Source of the DNA: Anaerolineales bacterium
Lineage (GTDB): Bacteria; Chloroflexota; Anaerolineae; Anaerolineales; UBA4823
Assembly (NCBI GenBank): GCA_041912175.1
Contig: JAYRNN010000015.1
Span: 4,043 to 68,042 of the forward strand
Reading direction: 5' to 3'
DNA length: 64,000 bases
Made by a program: the position numbers and the translations under genes. Shown here piece by piece: positions 35,777-45,759 of this stretch. The notes below the pieces were generated by a model. The model did no database searches and had not been told where the DNA came from. It saw nothing but the letters and a program-made list of their open reading frames with translations. Numbering within the stretch: position 1 is the first letter of the stretch; every line of letters starts with the position of its first letter.

Positions 35777-37675
35777 ATGAGTTCCATACGAAAATCCGTG
35801 TTATTTTGCCTGCTTTTTGTCACGGCTTGCACCGTCTCGGTCCGGCCGATGGTAAGCCCTGGCCCAACACCATCACCATCTCGCGCCGGGCAAGTTTCCA
35901 CCCCTGTGGCGCCCGTTACGCTGCCCAAGCCGACCTCCACGAGCCTGGCCGCGGTCACACCAACAGCCTCAACCCTGGCGCCAGGCGCCCCTCCGGCGCT
36001 GTCTCCTACCCCGGGCGGAAAGCTTGACGGCCCGCTATCGACCAAACCGGCCCTGGGGGCGGCCGGCAAAGCCTCGATCGGCGACCCCTATTTCCCAGAA
36101 CTGGGCAACACCGGTTACGATGTACAGCGATATCACCTGGTTTTCGATATAAACCCGGAGATGGCTACACTGGCCGCGACGGCGGAGATTTCTGCCACGG
36201 CAACCCTGGAGAACCTCAACCAACTCAGCCTGGATTTCAAAGGGTACCAGATCGAAGACGTCAAAGTGGATGGCGAGAGCGTGGCTTACGCCCGTACGCC
36301 GGACGAAGATCCGAACAAACTCGTCATCGACCTGCCGCGCAGTTATGGCTTGGGCGAGGCGCTTAATATCCAGGTGAATTATTCCGGACCATTGACCCTT
36401 CAATATACCCCGATTTTCTCCGATATCGAGCTTGGCCTGGCCCAAGCGCCAGACGGAAATATCTTTGCCTTCTCCGAGCCCGATGGGGCGCGTGCCTGGT
36501 TTCCAAGTAACGATCATCCGCTGGACAAAGCCGCTTTTACGATGGAAATATCCGTTCCGCAGGGTTACACAGCGGTCTCCAATGGCGAGCTTGTCGAGAC
36601 GCGCAAGAATCAAAGCTCCCAGGCAAGCGGCGATCGAGTTACCTATATCTGGTCCGAAGATGACCCGATGGCGCCCTATTTACTGACCCTGGCGGTTGGT
36701 GAATATGAGCGGATAGATGCTCCGCCAATTGACGAGGTTGAAATTCGGCATTATATCTATCCGGGTGATGCTACAGCGCGCCGCAGCGTTGATTTGACTG
36801 CGGATATCTTGCAGTTTTATTCCGACCTGATCGCTCCCTATCCCTTCGATGAATTCGGTTTTGTCGAAGTGAGCGCGCCTGACCTGGCGATGGAAACCCA
36901 AACCATGATCATGGTTGACCAGGAGATGTTCGAGGAGGATGCGGGCGCTGTGCTGGCGCATGAAGCCGCCCACCAGTGGTTTGGCGATAGCGTCAGCCCG
37001 GCGACTTGGGGCGATATCTGGCTGAACGAGGGTTTTGCCACCTATCTTGAGAACTTATGGCTGGCTCACCGAGGCGAAGACCTGGGTCAGATGATGGCCG
37101 AGCTTGAATCGGCTATCCTACGCAACGAAAGCCGTGAACCCGAAGCGCTTACTCAGCCCAATCAGTATCACATGTTTGGTGTAAACACCTATTTGAAGGG
37201 CGCATGGGTGCTGCACATGTTGCGCCAGAATTTGGGCGATGAGGTCTTCTTTGAGATTTTACGTGAATATTACCAGCGTTTCGCGGGCGGAAATGCGCGC
37301 ACGGTAGATTTCCAGGCCGTCGCTGAAGAAGTCAGCGGCAAAGATCTGGCTGACTTCTTTTACCAGTGGACAGAGACACCCGGCAACCCCAGCCTGGCGC
37401 TGACCTGGTCTAGCCAGGCTAGTGGAAATGGCAACCGGGTTAGCCTGCAAGTTTGCCAACGCCAGACGACGGGCCCGATCGTGGCACCGCTGGACATCCG
37501 CCTCGAAGCGCCTGGCGGCATGTCCAATCTGACTACGCTCACCCTGGATGAGCGCCAGGAAAGTTTACAGATACAATTGCCCTTCGCGCCGACAGAACTG
37601 GTCGCTGACCCAAACCAGACCCTGCTGGCCGGCATCCAGGTACAAAAAGTCGATACGATCGAGCCCTGCGAATAA
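35777..37675 (+). CDS. M1-family aminopeptidase, lipoprotein
   Basis: 632 aa. It has the lipobox LLFVTAC, a Pro/Ser/Thr-rich linker, the gluzincin motifs VLAHEAAHQWFGD and WLNEGFATY, and a GAMEN-like region FSEPDGARAWFP. Confidence 0.88.
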   Translation: MSSIRKSVLFCLLFVTACTVSVRPMVSPGPTPSPSRAGQVSTPVAPVTLPKPTSTSLAAVTPTASTLAPGAPPALSPTPGGKLDGPLSTKPALGAAGKASIGDPYFPELGNTGYDVQRYHLVFDINPEMATLAATAEISATATLENLNQLSLDFKGYQIEDVKVDGESVAYARTPDEDPNKLVIDLPRSYGLGEALNIQVNYSGPLTLQYTPIFSDIELGLAQAPDGNIFAFSEPDGARAWFPSNDHPLDKAAFTMEISVPQGYTAVSNGELVETRKNQSSQASGDRVTYIWSEDDPMAPYLLTLAVGEYERIDAPPIDEVEIRHYIYPGDATARRSVDLTADILQFYSDLIAPYPFDEFGFVEVSAPDLAMETQTMIMVDQEMFEEDAGAVLAHEAAHQWFGDSVSPATWGDIWLNEGFATYLENLWLAHRGEDLGQMMAELESAILRNESREPEALTQPNQYHMFGVNTYLKGAWVLHMLRQNLGDEVFFEILREYYQRFAGGNARTVDFQAVAEEVSGKDLADFFYQWTETPGNPSLALTWSSQASGNGNRVSLQVCQRQTTGPIVAPLDIRLEAPGGMSNLTTLTLDERQESLQIQLPFAPTELVADPNQTLLAGIQVQKVDTIEPCE

Positions 37676-37806
37676 AGGCCCCGCGCTTCTGGCGCATGGC
37701 CTTCTCAAGAAAAGAGTATCCACCGTTTGGTCTTCACAATCTTATACGTGCCGTGATATCGGTATATTTCTTGCACGGATTAAGGTTGCCAAAGGAGCAA
37801 TGTACT

Positions 37807-38676
37807 GTGAAGATCAAACCATTCGGCTCGTTTATCATCATTCTGCTGTTCCTGTCAATTCTAGGTTGCATGCCGCAAACAACCCGCCCGAAGTCAGGCC
37901 CCAAGAGCGCTCCTCCGGTGAGCTCTGCGCCGGCGCGCCAGGCGGCCGAGATCGTATCCAACATGGCCCTGGTCCCGGCCGGGGAATTTTTCATGGGCTG
38001 TGACCGCTCCAAGGTCAAAGAGAAATGCAACCTGGTCGAGCTGCCTCTGCATAAGGTGTATCTGGATGACTATTACATTGATCGCACGGAAATCACCGTG
38101 GGTAGCTACCAGGTCTGCATGGCGGCCGGGGCCTGCACAGAACCGATCCGCACCTACTCGGATGGGCATAAGGATTATTTCTATAACTCCCAGTATGCCA
38201 ACTATCCGGTTATCTATGTCACCTGGTTCCAGGCGCGGGATTACTGTACCTGGATGGGGAAACGCCTGCCGACGGAAGCCGAATGGGAGAAGGCCGCCCG
38301 CGGGCGCGCCTCGACGCGCATTTATCCCTGGGGCAACGCGGCGCCCGATTGCCAGACCGCCAATCTCAAAGTGAAATTAAAGCAATGTGTTGGAGACGTG
38401 AAACCAGTCGGAAGCTATCCAAAAGACACCAGCCTGTATGGCGTGGTGGACTTAGCCGGGAATGTGCGGTAGTGGATTAACGACTGGTATGACCCGGACT
38501 TTTACACAAGCGCCCCGTATAAAAATCCCAGCGGCCCTGCTGAAGGTATGTATGTGGTTATGCGCGGCGGCCGCTTCGATAACACCTGGGCGGCGGCGCG
38601 CACCGCGGCCCGGCGTACGATCGGCCCCAACGATTATGGCGCCGGGATCGGTTTCCGCTGCGCGTACAGCCCATAA
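37807..38676 (+). pseudogene. FGE-sulfatase (SUMF1/C-type-lectin-fold) domain lipoprotein gene interrupted by an in-frame TAG
   Basis: GTG 37807 follows AGGAG. The lipobox is LFLSILGC. The domain reads PAGEFFMGC...YPVIYVTWFQARDYCTWMGKRLPTEAEWEKAARG...VVDLAGNVR-TAG(38470-38472)-WINDWYDPDFY...MRGGRFDN...GFRCAYSP-stop(38674-38676). The TAG sits where the family has Glu (GNV.EW.ND), so it is one base away from GAG. Confidence 0.75.
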
Positions 38677-38731
38677 TTTCTTTATACCATCACCCTCAGG
38701 CCGTCCGACTGCTTTATATCTTTCAGCCTGT

Positions 38732-39730
38732 TTAGTTCTGAGCGAACGTGTCGATCAACAACCTCACATCGCCGCCCACCGGGTATAAGATCGGGCAGGT
38801 GCAGCCGTTCTTGCGATATTCTTCCACTTTGGAGCGCGCCTCCTCCGGCGTCCCCGAGGCCGAGATGCGCAAGATCAAATCCTCTGGCACGAAATGCTTG
38901 GCGCGCTGGATCTGCTCTTTGGTCGCCGGCCAGCCTAAGATGGACTGGATCTCGTTGACCACCTCCTGCGAGACGCCTGAGGCCTTGGCGATATGCGGCT
39001 GTTGAGCCAGGTATTGGGTCAGCAGCCCGCGCGTGGTATCGATGGCGCGGTCGTGATCGTAATCCACCGAACAGACGACCAACTGGGGCGTGTCGATGTC
39101 TTTCAGCGTACGACCCGCCTTCTTCGCCCCGGCCTCGAGGAGCTCCAACGCGTTTACGTTATATTCTGGCGGGACGCAGTAGTTGAGCACACAGCCATCG
39201 GCAATCTCTCCGGTCATCTCCATCATCTTATCGCCGGTGGCGCCGATCATAATCGGCACATTGCGCGGCTCGCGCCGCCCATGCACCACATCCAGCTCAA
39301 TGCCATCTACTTGTACAAACTCGCCATGGTATGTAACGCGTTCCATTGCTAATAGGCGGCGTAGCACATCCACTGTCTCACGCATGGCTTGCAAGGGTTT
39401 GCGCCGCTCGATGCCCACGTTACGCGCCAACGGATCCCACCAGGCGCCAATCCCACAGATGATGCGGTTTGGCGCCAGATCGTCCAGGGTCAGATAGGTA
39501 GCTGCTAACAAGCCAATATTGCGCGTCCAGTTATTGATCACCCCTGAGCCAACCTTGATGCGCTCTGTGACCGCGGCGTAAGCTGCCATCGGAACGATTG
39601 CATCCCGTACCAGGCGCGATTCCGCCTGCCAGACCGCCTCGAAACCGCGCTGCTCGGCGTAACGGACGTAATCTAACCCATCGCGTAAATCATGGGCGTC
39701 TTGTAAATATAGGGCGACGCGTTCAGCCAT
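38732..39730 (-). CDS. Luciferase-like monooxygenase (LLM) class F420-dependent oxidoreductase
   Basis: 332 aa: [39 protein letters not shown]...[12 protein letters not shown]. Fold and length are typical of the Mer/F420-dependent LLM family. It lies next to the cof genes. Confidence 0.75.
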   Translation of the reverse strand: MAERVALYLQDAHDLRDGLDYVRYAEQRGFEAVWQAESRLVRDAIVPMAAYAAVTERIKVGSGVINNWTRNIGLLAATYLTLDDLAPNRIICGIGAWWDPLARNVGIERRKPLQAMRETVDVLRRLLAMERVTYHGEFVQVDGIELDVVHGRREPRNVPIMIGATGDKMMEMTGEIADGCVLNYCVPPEYNVNALELLEAGAKKAGRTLKDIDTPQLVVCSVDYDHDRAIDTTRGLLTQYLAQQPHIAKASGVSQEVVNEIQSILGWPATKEQIQRAKHFVPEDLILRISASGTPEEARSKVEEYRKNGCTCPILYPVGGDVRLLIDTFAQN

Positions 39731-39785
39731 ACATCCTCCAATCCTTCTGATGCGTATTTGCGTTCAACGATCAACGTTTGAACAA

Positions 39786-40433
39786 TTAATATTCAAAATC
39801 CAGATCTTCCAAATCGCCAGGTCCAGGCAGAATGGCTTCGAACTCCTGGCTGACTTGATCCAGATCTTCGGGCAAATCCATATCCAAGGCCAGCGATGGA
39901 AGATCGATGATCTCAAGGCGCGCTCCGGCCTCGACGGCCCTCTGGCAATGGCGTTGGAAAGACTTGGGGCCAAATTCATAATCGATCAACCCCACCGGAC
40001 AGATTAACAAGGCATTCGTCCCTTGGCGATGGCGATCAGGAGCGACCACCACCACGGGTGGGTCCTTGACCCATGCCAGCATAGCCTGGACGTCCTCGGG
40101 CGTGATCATCGGCAGGTCAGCCGGAATAACCAACACCCCGCGGATGTTATAGTTTTTCAAGACCACCGTCGCGCGCGTCAAAGCCACATTTAGCTTTGGC
40201 GCGCCATTTTCCTGCACCGTGCGCGCTCCGTGTTCGCGTGCCAGAGCCAGGGCTGCCGGATCACGGCTAATTACCAATACTTGTTCAATTTCGGGGATGG
40301 CCGTCAGCGTCTCTAAAGTGTGAGCCAGCAGACGGCGGTTTAAGTCGGCGCGCTCATCTTGATTGAGCACACCCGATAGACGAGACTTCCCAACGCGCAA
40401 AGGCTTGACCGGGACAATCGCCCATAAAGTCAT
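39786..40433 (-). CDS. cofC: 2-phospho-L-lactate/PEP guanylyltransferase
   Basis: 215 aa: MTLWAIVPVKPLRVGKSRLSGVL...VIPADLPMI...HRQGTNALL...LDMDLPEDL, the classical CofC/FbiD pattern. Confidence 0.85.
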   Translation of the reverse strand: MTLWAIVPVKPLRVGKSRLSGVLNQDERADLNRRLLAHTLETLTAIPEIEQVLVISRDPAALALAREHGARTVQENGAPKLNVALTRATVVLKNYNIRGVLVIPADLPMITPEDVQAMLAWVKDPPVVVVAPDRHRQGTNALLICPVGLIDYEFGPKSFQRHCQRAVEAGARLEIIDLPSLALDMDLPEDLDQVSQEFEAILPGPGDLEDLDFEY

Positions 40434-40495
40434 TTCTGCGGTTCCTTTTCTGTTTTAAAGGTTGCTGATCGTTTGTCAGGTACATCGTGACTTCC

Positions 40496-41446
40496 TCAGC
40501 GTTGGGGCAAATTCTTCTCTAAATCTCTTCCAAACTTTACCACTTGCTGTGCCAGGCGTTGGCGATCAGCAAGCGTTTTCATTAACGTGTCGGCGACCAG
40601 CGGTTGTATACCTAGTGCAAGCACATTTCCGGCTTGCTCGCGGTCCACCTCATCCAGCACAAAACCGCTCAATAAACTCCCATACTGGCGAGCTACGGCC
40701 AGGGCGGACGGTTTAATGCCCAATTCCGAATACATCTTAGCCGCCGGCCCTTTCACTGCCTGCCCGCCGATGATCGGCGAGACGCTTACCACCCGCCGAT
40801 GTTCGAGTGCAGCTCGTATCCCCGGTACCGCCAGGATTGGACCTACGCTTACCCATGGGTTGGATGGGCAGATCACCACCAGTTCGGCCAGTTGAAGCGC
40901 TTCCAGCACCCCTGGCGCAGGGGCAGCGCGTTCTACATTGTTAAAGCGAAATCCGGTTACTTGCGGGTGACACTGGCGATGCACGAAATATTCCTGGAAC
41001 GGCAGTTCACCATAATCCATAGTATACACCGAAGTCGGTACAGAGTCATTACTCATAGGTAAGACGTTGATGTGAATTCCCCATAAAATACACATCTGGC
41101 GCGTGACCTGGCTGAGCGTTTCGCCCTTGTGCAAACGGCGGGTGCGTTCCAGGTGTAGGCCTAAATCTCGGTCTCCCAGGCGAAACCAGGTTGGGCCGCC
41201 CAAAGCGCCGATCTCTTCTAACGCTGAAAAGCTCTCGCCAGCCCGTCCCCAACCGGTGGCCGGGTTGGCAATGCCCGCCAGCGTGTAGCACACCGTGTCC
41301 AGATCCGGACAAATGGTCAAGCCAAGGTGTTCGAAATCATCGCCGGTATTGACAATAATCGTCAGGTCCTCGGGCGGCAGGCAGCGCGCCAGACCGTCCG
41401 CCAGCTTGGCTCCGCCAACGCCGCCGGCCAGTGCAACGACTTTCAT
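40496..41446 (-). CDS. cofD: 2-phospho-L-lactate transferase (FO transferase)
   Basis: 316 aa: MKVVALAGGVGGAKLADGL...IVNTGDDFEHLGLTICPDLDT...ICPSNPWVSVGPIL. Confidence 0.9.
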   Translation of the reverse strand: MKVVALAGGVGGAKLADGLARCLPPEDLTIIVNTGDDFEHLGLTICPDLDTVCYTLAGIANPATGWGRAGESFSALEEIGALGGPTWFRLGDRDLGLHLERTRRLHKGETLSQVTRQMCILWGIHINVLPMSNDSVPTSVYTMDYGELPFQEYFVHRQCHPQVTGFRFNNVERAAPAPGVLEALQLAELVVICPSNPWVSVGPILAVPGIRAALEHRRVVSVSPIIGGQAVKGPAAKMYSELGIKPSALAVARQYGSLLSGFVLDEVDREQAGNVLALGIQPLVADTLMKTLADRQRLAQQVVKFGRDLEKNLPQR

Positions 41447-42396
41447 CGGAACCTCGCGATCTCTGAAATGGGTCTAAGCCGGCGCTCTTTGGGGCTCTCA
41501 GCCGGGTAGCCGAGCAGCAGCAGTCCCTGCGCCTGCCAGGTCTCGGGTAGATCCAACGCCTGGTTGGCCGCCTGCGGCGCAAACAAGGGCGCACACACCC
41601 ACACGCCTGCCAGACCTTCGGAGCAAGCCGCCAGGAGTAAATTTTCTCCGGCCATGGCCACGCTCTGCACGCCCATCAGGGTTTCGGCTTGTTGGCGGCG
41701 GGCATCTGGATAGATGTCTTCAAGACCCGTGTCCAGGCAGAGCAGGATGGCTGCCGGCGCGTCCAATAAGCGTTGCCTGGAACGCTCCACCTGCGCCTCA
41801 ACCTGGGCGACTGGCAACCCGTCAGCAAGCAAGTCGCGCCGGAATTCAGCGCCCATCGCCTTGGCCAGGTCTTGTTTGCTTTGCATCTCGGTCAGGACTA
41901 CAAATCGCCATGGCTGGCGGTTGTGGGCAGAGGGCGCCCAGGCGGCAGCCTGCAACAGGCGTTCGATTGTCTGATGGGGAACCGGCCTGGCCTGAAAACG
42001 GCGCACGGATCGGCGCGCTTCCAATATGCCTGTCACCGGTTGGCGGCGCACCAGCTCGCCGCGCAGCAAGTTCTGCGCCTGGCGATCGTTTAAGAATGCC
42101 AAGATGGTTTGTTTTTCGGTTTCGTCGCAGCCCAAGAGCAATTTGATCTCGACATCACGCTTGAATAAATCCACCGTCAGGATGACTGCATCCAACACTG
42201 GCGGGACTCGCGAGCCCAGCCAGACGTCGATGCCGCTGCCATCGCCGGCTGTCGTCCCCTCCAGGTAGCCATAATCCAACGGATAGGGCGGGCCAGGATA
42301 CCGCGGATGCAATGACCCCTTGGGCCGGTCGATTGTTACCCGGCTGGAGGCCACCAGTGCATCTAAGCTCTCCCAAAAATTCTGATCCGGTTGCAT
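41443..42396 (-). CDS. Fusion of a truncated family-I-pyrophosphatase-like domain with an FbiB-C-type nitroreductase (putative dehydro-F420-0 reductase)
   Basis: 317 aa. The N-terminal 115 aa, IDRPKGSLHPRYPGPPYPLDYGYLEGTTAGDGSGIDVWLG...DLFKRDVEIKLL, parallel E. coli Ppa [24 protein letters not shown]...MTDEAGEDAKL. The C-terminus, RRSVRRFQARPVPHQTIERLLQAAAWAPSAHNRQPWRFVVL, is nitroreductase-fold. It overlaps the cofD start by 4 nt. Confidence 0.7.
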   Translation of the reverse strand: MQPDQNFWESLDALVASSRVTIDRPKGSLHPRYPGPPYPLDYGYLEGTTAGDGSGIDVWLGSRVPPVLDAVILTVDLFKRDVEIKLLLGCDETEKQTILAFLNDRQAQNLLRGELVRRQPVTGILEARRSVRRFQARPVPHQTIERLLQAAAWAPSAHNRQPWRFVVLTEMQSKQDLAKAMGAEFRRDLLADGLPVAQVEAQVERSRQRLLDAPAAILLCLDTGLEDIYPDARRQQAETLMGVQSVAMAGENLLLAACSEGLAGVWVCAPLFAPQAANQALDLPETWQAQGLLLLGYPAESPKERRLRPISEIARFR

Positions 42397-42405
42397 TGGG
42401 CTTCC

Positions 42406-43191
42406 TTAACGGAACATATCCTGGTCCTTGGCGCGCAGCAATTCACTCAGGCGGCTTTCGCGCAGTTCATACGGAAAACCGCGCACGTGCACGACCGGCG
42501 TGCCTTCCGCAGCCTGTCCCATAATTAGCGAGGCGGCTGCGGCTAACTCATCCGCTGCGCCTACTTGGGTAATGCGAAGATGATAACCAAAAAGGTCGGG
42601 CGCCCCGCGTAAATCGACCAACCCTGGCAGCCCCGCCAGTCCGATGGCCACGCCTACCGTGCCCATCCGCCAGGCGCGCCCGTGCGAATCGATGATCATC
42701 ACTCCCAGGCGCGCCCCACTGGCCGCCAGCAATCGCTGACGGATGGCATTGGCGGATGCGTCTGGGTCTTCAGGCAATAAAAGCACCCATTCTTCTGGAT
42801 TGAGTTGCCCGGTCTCTCCTGGTTGTGGGTGGACATTGGAGTGATCTATCCCCGCGTTGGCGCACACAAACCCCAGGCGATGTTCAACGATGATCGTGCC
42901 AGGGCGGACGCGCAACACTTCCCGGCTCTCGCGCAGAACTAGCTCGACCAGGCGCGGGTCCTTTTCGCTTAATGCGGCCAGCTCAAGCGCCTGAGACGTG
43001 GGGTTCACCTGCGTGAGATGCACCAGGCGGCCTTCAGCCTTGGAAACGATCTTCTGCGCCAGCACCAGGTTATCGCCATCTTGCAAAACGAGCTGTGACC
43101 GGCCCAAGGCCTGCCAGATGATCTCGGCCAGGTCGTCGCCCGGCTGGACCAGCGGAAAGTCTTTTATCGAGGTCAGAGTTAAGCTAGACAA
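42406..43191 (-). CDS. cofE: Coenzyme F420-0:L-glutamate ligase
   Basis: 261 aa: [14 protein letters not shown]...[14 protein letters not shown]...[14 protein letters not shown]...[20 protein letters not shown]. Confidence 0.88.
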   Translation of the reverse strand: MSSLTLTSIKDFPLVQPGDDLAEIIWQALGRSQLVLQDGDNLVLAQKIVSKAEGRLVHLTQVNPTSQALELAALSEKDPRLVELVLRESREVLRVRPGTIIVEHRLGFVCANAGIDHSNVHPQPGETGQLNPEEWVLLLPEDPDASANAIRQRLLAASGARLGVMIIDSHGRAWRMGTVGVAIGLAGLPGLVDLRGAPDLFGYHLRITQVGAADELAAAASLIMGQAAEGTPVVHVRGFPYELRESRLSELLRAKDQDMFR

Positions 43192-43195
43192 GGTA

Positions 43196-43864
43196 TTAAG
43201 GCGATTCCAATCCAGCGACGTTGATTGTGGCCGTCTTGGCGCCGTAGCGCTTGTTGATACTGATCAGAAGCGAGGTAATTCCTTCGACAACCACAGCATT
43301 GTCGAGACCGCCGGCGTAGTAGGCGCGCATCCCGCCGGCTTTTGCCAGCGCAATCACCTGATCGGCAGCGTCTAGGTCATCGGCGCACACCAGCACATCC
43401 GTTTCCACCGGCCTGTCGAGCTTTTTCAAAGCATGCGCCGGTGCATTCTGAAAGGCAGCCACCACCCGGACCCCTGGTCCGAGCAAGTCTTGCGCCAGGC
43501 GGGCCGCTGAAGGCGGCGCCGGTGGGCGGGGATCGCGGAAATCGACCCGGGCAGTTGCGTCCACCAAGATTTTTCCCTGCAGGTGCTCCTTCAAGCTTTC
43601 CAGGGCAGCCTGGTGAGCGGTGGCCATCACGGTCAGCACGCAAATATCCGCCTGGCGGGCAGCCTGGCCGTTTTCGAGCCCTAATACGCTGCTTATACCA
43701 AGCTGTGCGTTAAGCTCTGCGGCAGTCGCCTGGGCTTTTTCGGCCTGGCGCGAGCCAATCAGAATCGGGAAACCAGCCTTTAGCCAGCGCAGGGCCAGGC
43801 CAGGACCTTCTTTGCCGGTGCCGCCCAGGATAGCGATGGTTGGGAGTGTTTGTTTTTCGGGCAT
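43196..43864 (-). CDS. NADPH-dependent F420 reductase (Fno/NpdG family)
   Basis: The start was moved to MPEKQ (ATG 43864, GGAG 6 nt upstream). It has IAILGGTGKEGPGLALRWLKAGFPILIGSR (Rossmann motif) and a length of about 220 aa. Confidence 0.8.
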   Translation of the reverse strand: MPEKQTLPTIAILGGTGKEGPGLALRWLKAGFPILIGSRQAEKAQATAAELNAQLGISSVLGLENGQAARQADICVLTVMATAHQAALESLKEHLQGKILVDATARVDFRDPRPPAPPSAARLAQDLLGPGVRVVAAFQNAPAHALKKLDRPVETDVLVCADDLDAADQVIALAKAGGMRAYYAGGLDNAVVVEGITSLLISINKRYGAKTATINVAGLESP

Positions 43865-43907
43865 TTTTTCTCCGCTTTCGATGAGCATTGGTCAAAATTT
43901 TGTTTGG

Positions 43908-45290
43908 CTAGCTGGCGCTTCTGGACGTGAATGGATGGCTATTGGGGACGTAACCCTGGTAGCGTTCCCAGACAGCCGGGGCTAATGCGCGCGCACGGGC
44001 GGCGATGGCCTCTTCGTCCAGGAAAAGCAGCCGGCGCTCCTGCATCAGGATTTTCCCGGCGACGATGGTCGTCGTCACGTTGCTTTCATGGAAGCCGAAA
44101 ATGATCTGCCAGGGCAGGTTATCTGCGGTGAGCGGGGTATGGGGGCGATAATCCACCAGGATCAGATCAGCGAATGCGCCTTGCGCAAGCACACCGAGCT
44201 GCGCTTCAGGGAAGAATGAACCGGCGAGACTGGCGTTATTATAAGCCGCCATTTGGGCAACATCTGCGCCGTTCATCCGCCGTGGGTCGTGATGCCAGAC
44301 TTTCTGCAGCAGATAGGCAAACTTCCACTCCTCCCACATCGTCGAAGTGAAACCATCTGTTCCGAGGCACACAGGGATGCCGGCGCGCAAAAGGCTCTCG
44401 ACGGCTGCCGCGCCTACGGCGTTGTTCATATTGGATCTCGGCTGGTGGGTGACCCATGTGCCTGTCTCGCTCAACTTGGCGGTCTCGCGCGCATCCACGT
44501 GGACTGCATGGGCAATAATCGTCCGCGGCCCCAGGATTTCATGCGTTTCCAGGCGGTCAACGACCCGCAGGCCGGATTTTGCCAGGCTGTCATATTGATC
44601 CGATTCGTGCTCGGCCACATGGATATGAAAACCTACCCCAACCGGCGCCGCCTGGCGGCAGGCCTCCAGGGTGCGCCCGGAGAGCGTCAGGCTGGCGTGC
44701 AGACCAAAGGTGGCTGCCACACGCCCATCTGCAACTCGTTCGTTTCGCACCCTTTCAATAAAACGCACGTTCTCTCGAATCCCAGCCTGGGATTTGTCAG
44801 CCCCATCCCGGTCGGTAACCTCGTAACATAAGACAGCCCGCAATCCGAAATGGTCGACAGCTTCGGCGATGATGTCCAACGAGCCATCGATGGCATTCGG
44901 CGAAGCGTGATGATCGACCAGGGTCGTTGCGCCATGGCGGATCGCCTCGACCAGCATGACCTCTGCAGACGCACGTACATCTCCCTCCGTCAGCGACTTG
45001 TCAAGCGGCCACCAAAGCTTTTGTAGGATTTCGGGAAAATCCTTAGGCGCTGGTCCGGGAATGGCCAAACCGCGCGCAAAAGCGCCGTAAAAATGGGTAT
45101 GAGCCACAATGCTACCCGGCATGACGTACTGCCCGTGTGCGTCCAGTTGTTCTGCTTGCGGATGGCGTTCGATCAGCTCAGCCTGAAGCCCGATCTCGTC
45201 GATCCTGTCGCCATCGATATGGATGGCATGCCCCTCCAGAATGCGGTTGGGCGTTTCCCAGGTAATCAGTTTACCATTGACGATTAACAT
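43908..45290 (-). CDS. ssnA: SsnA-type amidohydrolase (putative aminohydrolase)
   Basis: The start was moved to MLIVNGK (ATG 45290). The strings HTHFYGAFARG...DFPEILQKLWWPLDKSL...ATTLVDHHASPNAIDGSL...HQPRSNMNNAVG closely parallel E. coli SsnA (HNHFYSGLSRG...LKNLWWRLDRAL...IDHHASPAYIGGSL...RSNMNNHVG). Confidence 0.8.
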   Translation of the reverse strand: MLIVNGKLITWETPNRILEGHAIHIDGDRIDEIGLQAELIERHPQAEQLDAHGQYVMPGSIVAHTHFYGAFARGLAIPGPAPKDFPEILQKLWWPLDKSLTEGDVRASAEVMLVEAIRHGATTLVDHHASPNAIDGSLDIIAEAVDHFGLRAVLCYEVTDRDGADKSQAGIRENVRFIERVRNERVADGRVAATFGLHASLTLSGRTLEACRQAAPVGVGFHIHVAEHESDQYDSLAKSGLRVVDRLETHEILGPRTIIAHAVHVDARETAKLSETGTWVTHQPRSNMNNAVGAAAVESLLRAGIPVCLGTDGFTSTMWEEWKFAYLLQKVWHHDPRRMNGADVAQMAAYNNASLAGSFFPEAQLGVLAQGAFADLILVDYRPHTPLTADNLPWQIIFGFHESNVTTTIVAGKILMQERRLLFLDEEAIAARARALAPAVWERYQGYVPNSHPFTSRSAS

Positions 45291-45302
45291 ACATTCCCTC
45301 AC

Positions 45303-45725
45303 TTAATCATTGAAATCAATCGAAGACTGTTTGCCAGTCTGGGTTGGCAAAGGCGGTAAATACATCCTGGATGTGGCGCTGGTTGGTGCGCTGGCCTGAG
45401 GCGCGTCTCCCACGTCTGCCCAACCGCCTGGCAAAGTCCAACCGCCATCGGCGCGCTCACGCACCATCAACAGCTTGCCGCCTCGAAAGACGGCCGACCT
45501 GACGTCCACGCGCGGCGTGGCGTAGCCGGTTTGGGCCTTGAAAGCCTCGGTGAGACTGGTAACGTCTAACCCGGAGTATTCGCCGATGATCTCAACGGCA
45601 ATTTCGCTCAGGCGCGTGTAGCGTTGCAGGTCAAAATCATCCCGTGCGTAATGCCGGCCGGTTTGGGATAAAGCCTGGATTTCACGCCCCCACGACAGCC
45701 AGCGTGGGATTTCCGGATCACTCAT
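45303..45725 (-). pseudogene. Nudix hydrolase remnant (Nudix_N-type N-terminal domain retained, Nudix box deleted)
   Basis: The ORF reads ...VDVRSAVFRGGKLLMVRERADGGWTLPGGWADVGD and then degenerates where the GX5EX7REUXEEXGU box should follow. A different frame of the last 75 nt (45316-45390) encodes RTNQRHIQDVFTAFANPDWQTVFD-stop, which resembles the usual C-terminus of this Nudix subfamily. Confidence 0.55.
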
Positions 45726-45759
45726 TTTCCCTCCACTGTCCCCAATTCGCATCCCATGC

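Noticed and set aside
37807-38676. The FGE-sulfatase/C-type-lectin-fold gene as the variable target of a diversity-generating retroelement, or the TAG as pyrrolysine.
   Set aside because: The window has no reverse transcriptase, no template repeat matching the 3' end of the gene and no Avd-like gene. It also has no pyl genes or PYLIS-like context. A simple GAG-to-TAG nonsense change or sequencing error is the more economical explanation.
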